Shown here one piece after another: positions 60,964-64,000 of a DNA stretch of 64,000 bases (positions within the stretch are counted from its first letter, which is position 1; each line of letters begins with the position of its first letter). Location: NCBI GenBank assembly GCA_047150005.1, contig AP038806.1, positions 800,001 to 864,000 on the forward strand. The letters are read 5' to 3'. The stretch comes from Nitrospira sp. GTDB taxonomy: Bacteria; Nitrospirota; Nitrospiria; Nitrospirales; Nitrospiraceae. The position numbers and the translations under genes were made by a program. The notes under the pieces were generated by a model, which did not search any database, was not told the DNA's origin, and was given only the letters and a program-made list of their open reading frames with translations.

Positions 60964-61449
60964 ATGCGCATTCCAGAACAGAGAGCCGTCGTTTTTGTGG
61001 CATTGTTGGGATTGATGGTAGGGGGTTGTGCGAGTGAAGGGACTATGGGAGGTGGGAACGGATCCGCATCCGGCTCGACGCCGGCCGCCGCGACAGGTTC
61101 GGCTGCTCCGGCTTCCGGCGCCGGAACGGCATCCACAGCACCGAAGTTCGCTACGGCCGAAGCGGCAGCCAAGTCGGTCCAGACCGATACCTTGCGCAAC
61201 TGTTTGGCGATGATTCCGTCCAATGCCTCGCCGGGAGCGAAGCAGGTGGCGGAGGAAAGCTGCAAACGAGACGAAGCCGCTCGGGCCAGCATTGTGGGTA
61301 CGGCTGCCACGAAGAGCAATGATCGGGTCGCGTCCGGTACGCAGGGCGACACGCTGGAAGCCTGCATGGCCCGCATTCCAAAGGACGCCAGCGCCGGACA
61401 GCGGATGTTGGCCGAGCAGAGCTGCCAGCGAGACCAGGCAAACCGCTGA
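60964..61449 (+). CDS. Lipoprotein with an Ala/Gly/Ser linker and two Cys-paired repeats
   Basis: VGGC lipobox; two copies of DTL--C-A-IP--AS-G----AE-SC-RD. Confidence 0.8.
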   Translation: MRIPEQRAVVFVALLGLMVGGCASEGTMGGGNGSASGSTPAAATGSAAPASGAGTASTAPKFATAEAAAKSVQTDTLRNCLAMIPSNASPGAKQVAEESCKRDEAARASIVGTAATKSNDRVASGTQGDTLEACMARIPKDASAGQRMLAEQSCQRDQANR

Positions 61450-61470
61450 ATCCGTATTTCGCTTCTTATC

Positions 61471-61510
61471 CGGTGTCTGAGAAGTTCTCTTCGGAATTTC
61501 TCAGACACCG
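61471..61510. terminator. Long hairpin between convergent genes
   Basis: CGGTGTCTGAGAAGTTC/GAATTTCTCAGACACCG 17-bp stem with one G-U pair. Confidence 0.6.
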
Positions 61511-61582
61511 CTCCTCTTGAACCGCCCTCCCGATCCTGCCAGACCCAAACGGAGGCCGACGCTTAGAATCCGCGCGGCGTTT

Positions 61583-63808
61583 CTAGGGCACAGCCGTGAG
61601 GATCATGTCGAACAAGGCCGAGAGGCTCCAGAACGCCTGGCGGGAGAACGGTCTCGTCCTGCGCATGGGCTGCACCAGAACCAAGATTGCGCCCATCGAG
61701 GAGGACAGCGGAGCGAGCAGACGATCGGTGAACAGGCCGGCCTTGGCATAGCGACCGATCGTGTCCTGAATACTGAGCGAAAGGTCTTGGAACGCTTCCG
61801 CAAAGCCGATGAAACGCCCGACACCGTAGCAGAGGAGGGACAAATTGGCGAGTGCGAACGCTGCGGAGATCCAGCGTCCTCCGAGCCCATGATAGAGCGA
61901 GAGGCTCGCGCTCAGCATGATCATGGCCAATTGCAGGGTCAAATCCAAACCGGAGGTTCTCGTGCGTCCGGAAATTTTGGGGGTGCGCCGGAATGGAATC
62001 TTCGTGCCCGCCACCAATTGCCGGATGGAAGTCACGGCGCCCGTAAGATGGACCGGGATCAACAGGAGGTTGAGCGCATAGGCACGCAGAAGATCTCGTA
62101 TCGGCCGGTACCCGGCCAAGGCCAGATCCCGCGCATACAAGACGAAGTACGGAAGCGCCGCCAGAGGCATGGCGGGCGTCATCAATTCCGCCGAGAAGGG
62201 AATCGACAACAACAGCAATACGCTCAGCGGAGTCATCGCGAGCGACGTCAGATAGTGGATTTGCAACAACGCCCCTGCCGCCGCGGCCGGCCGCTTGGGC
62301 GCCCGTCCCAGAAACTCCAGAAGCTTCGGGAGGATGATCAAGCCTCCGTTTGCCCAGCGAGCCCGCTGGATGACCAACGAGCCGAAGTCCGGAGGGGTCG
62401 CGCTATACGCCAGCCGTTCCGGGTGATTGTACAAGGTCCAACCCTTTGCCATCAGATCCACGGTCGATTCCGTGTCTTCGATCACCGTCCGGTCCTGAAT
62501 GTACCGCCGGACGGTGATGCGTCCGACCTGTTCAACCTGGCAGATGTCCCCCAACGCAGACTTCCGCAACAGCGCGTTGGCTCCAACCCAGAAGGTCGCG
62601 GCGAACCGGGTAAATCCCTGATGCACGAAATATTGAATGTCGGTGGTCGCCCCCGCCGTCCGCTCCAGCGCGCCAGGCGCATTCGGAAAGGCGCTATACG
62701 GCGTCTGGGCCACAGCCATGTTCGCCCGGTCTGGTCGTTCCATGATCCGAACCAACCTCGCCGCATAGTCGGGCTTCAGCATGCTGTCGGCATCCAGCGT
62801 GATGACGTAGGGCGAGTCCGGGATCACGCGGCTCCCGATCATGGTGTGGGTCTCCTCCAGGTGGACCCCGTCCCCGCGCAGGGCGAGCTTGACTCGCTTT
62901 CCCATGACGCCCAAATAACTGTTCAGGTTCATCGCCTTGTTGGGTTCATGGGAGAAATTGCTGTATTGCTTTCGCTCGAAGACATCGAATTGCACCAGAA
63001 AGCGGGCGGCAAGACGCTCGTATGCGGCGTCGATTTCGGTCCGGATGGCATCTGACACGATGCCCGATTGCCGTCGTCTCGCGAGCCACTCCCCGCCCTC
63101 GCGGCGCAGCTCATCTCCCGGCACCGTCAGCACTTCACGGACGAACCAGACATCCGTATGCGACAGGATCGGACACTGCTTGGCCTGATCGTCGAACCAT
63201 TCGGCCGCCCGCAGGAAACAATCGGAAAGGCGAGCACACTCGGTTTCCCAGCGGGTCTCCGAGGCGCGCCTCTTCCGGAATTCACGGCGCGCTTGCGCGA
63301 CGAATTCGGCAGGCTCGGCCATGCTCGCCTGCAGATCGAACGGAACAGACCGCGCCGCCCAGAGCGCCATCCGATCGGAGTGGGTCTTGGGCGACGGAGG
63401 ATCATCCAACAACAGCACGACCCGCTTGTTCGGATAGTCCTGCAACGCCGCCGAGAGCAGCGTTTGACGGATGACGGGAATTTCCTCTTTATAGGAGGGA
63501 ACCAGGATGGTGAGGGCGGGAGCCGTGTCCGTAAAAAACTGATCGTCCGCGCCGGCCGTTTCGGTCGAAGCGCCATTTCTCGTCAGCCGGCCGAGCCGGG
63601 CCAATTCGTAACACAGATTGCCGTAGACGAGATATCCGGCAATCGCGGCAAAGACCACCGCTTCGATCGCATGACCGACTTGCCGTTCTTCGAACGCGGT
63701 CCAGACAACGGTCCCGACCGACCATGCGAGCATGGCCGCCGCAAAAGCCGTGACTGCCAGAGAGACTTGAGTGAGTCGTAATTCGAATGCTTGCTGATTC
63801 GGTGACAT
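61583..63808 (-). CDS. GT2 processive glycosyltransferase (cellulose synthase/glucan synthase-like)
   Basis: LVPSYKE, LLDD, KAMNLN, LDADS, QTP, IED and QRARW (D,D,D,QxxRW) motifs; multiple TM helices. Confidence 0.88.
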   Translation of the reverse strand: MSPNQQAFELRLTQVSLAVTAFAAAMLAWSVGTVVWTAFEERQVGHAIEAVVFAAIAGYLVYGNLCYELARLGRLTRNGASTETAGADDQFFTDTAPALTILVPSYKEEIPVIRQTLLSAALQDYPNKRVVLLLDDPPSPKTHSDRMALWAARSVPFDLQASMAEPAEFVAQARREFRKRRASETRWETECARLSDCFLRAAEWFDDQAKQCPILSHTDVWFVREVLTVPGDELRREGGEWLARRRQSGIVSDAIRTEIDAAYERLAARFLVQFDVFERKQYSNFSHEPNKAMNLNSYLGVMGKRVKLALRGDGVHLEETHTMIGSRVIPDSPYVITLDADSMLKPDYAARLVRIMERPDRANMAVAQTPYSAFPNAPGALERTAGATTDIQYFVHQGFTRFAATFWVGANALLRKSALGDICQVEQVGRITVRRYIQDRTVIEDTESTVDLMAKGWTLYNHPERLAYSATPPDFGSLVIQRARWANGGLIILPKLLEFLGRAPKRPAAAAGALLQIHYLTSLAMTPLSVLLLLSIPFSAELMTPAMPLAALPYFVLYARDLALAGYRPIRDLLRAYALNLLLIPVHLTGAVTSIRQLVAGTKIPFRRTPKISGRTRTSGLDLTLQLAMIMLSASLSLYHGLGGRWISAAFALANLSLLCYGVGRFIGFAEAFQDLSLSIQDTIGRYAKAGLFTDRLLAPLSSSMGAILVLVQPMRRTRPFSRQAFWSLSALFDMILTAVP

Positions 63809-63836
63809 CGGAATTCAAAAAACCTCTGCCCGCCAA

Positions 63837-63852
63837 AGCAATCGCGATGCCA
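63837..63852 (-). promoter_or_regulatory. Sigma54 promoter for the GT2 gene
   Basis: Minus strand TGGCATCGCGATTGCT, a near-consensus -24/-12 element about 29 bp from the start codon. Confidence 0.7.
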
Positions 63853-64000
63853 TTGGATCCGGCTTGTGCAAGGCGTCGGAAGTCCAATCTTTCTTGATGT
63901 CGAATCCGCATTTTCCTTATAGTTTTCATCGGTTGCAGGCCATATCGCCTCAACGTGAGGCTGAATTGCTGATTAAGATTAGGATTCTACACTCCACCAG

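Noticed and set aside
61517..63055. 512-aa plus-strand ORF, and similar ORFs at 24841-26004, 29196-30332 and 50826-52202
   Set aside because: Antisense to well-supported genes; low-complexity Arg/Gly-rich translations

Overview
Bacterial chromosomal window. Gene content (PilU, FGE-sulfatase, many short lipoproteins, several sigma54-type promoters) suggests a Nitrospira-like organism; this is an inference. The main structure is an ~19 kb accessory array (about 7.36-26.64 kb) attached to the 3' end of a minus-strand tRNA-Glu(TTC) gene at 26563-26640. The 19-bp tRNA 3'-end core recurs five more times (7641, 17056, 19664, 23911, 24399), each time inside conserved left and right arms. These sites divide the region into five cargo cassettes of 0.5-9.4 kb, none with an intact integrase. 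The only recombinase trace is a C-terminal remnant that reads into the first core. The right arms conserve, largely through synonymous substitutions, a 28-codon tail ending ...WGIPFKGFVNAA-stop. Recombination would therefore swap the recombinase C-terminus between this AA-ending tail and the tRNA-antisense VSPTGFEPVLPA-stop. The rest of the window is ordinary envelope and respiration content: an Mla-type ABC operon, a large MscS, cydAB, an ECF sigma/anti-sigma/Spy/mdtABC cluster, Tat-exported oxidoreductases, NDH-2 and a GT2. Two paralogous 32-aa membrane microproteins missing from the ORF track (52279, 57421) share a sigma54-like promoter. No CRISPR array, rRNA or intact transposase/integrase was seen. 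All alignments and family calls were made by eye, without database searches.
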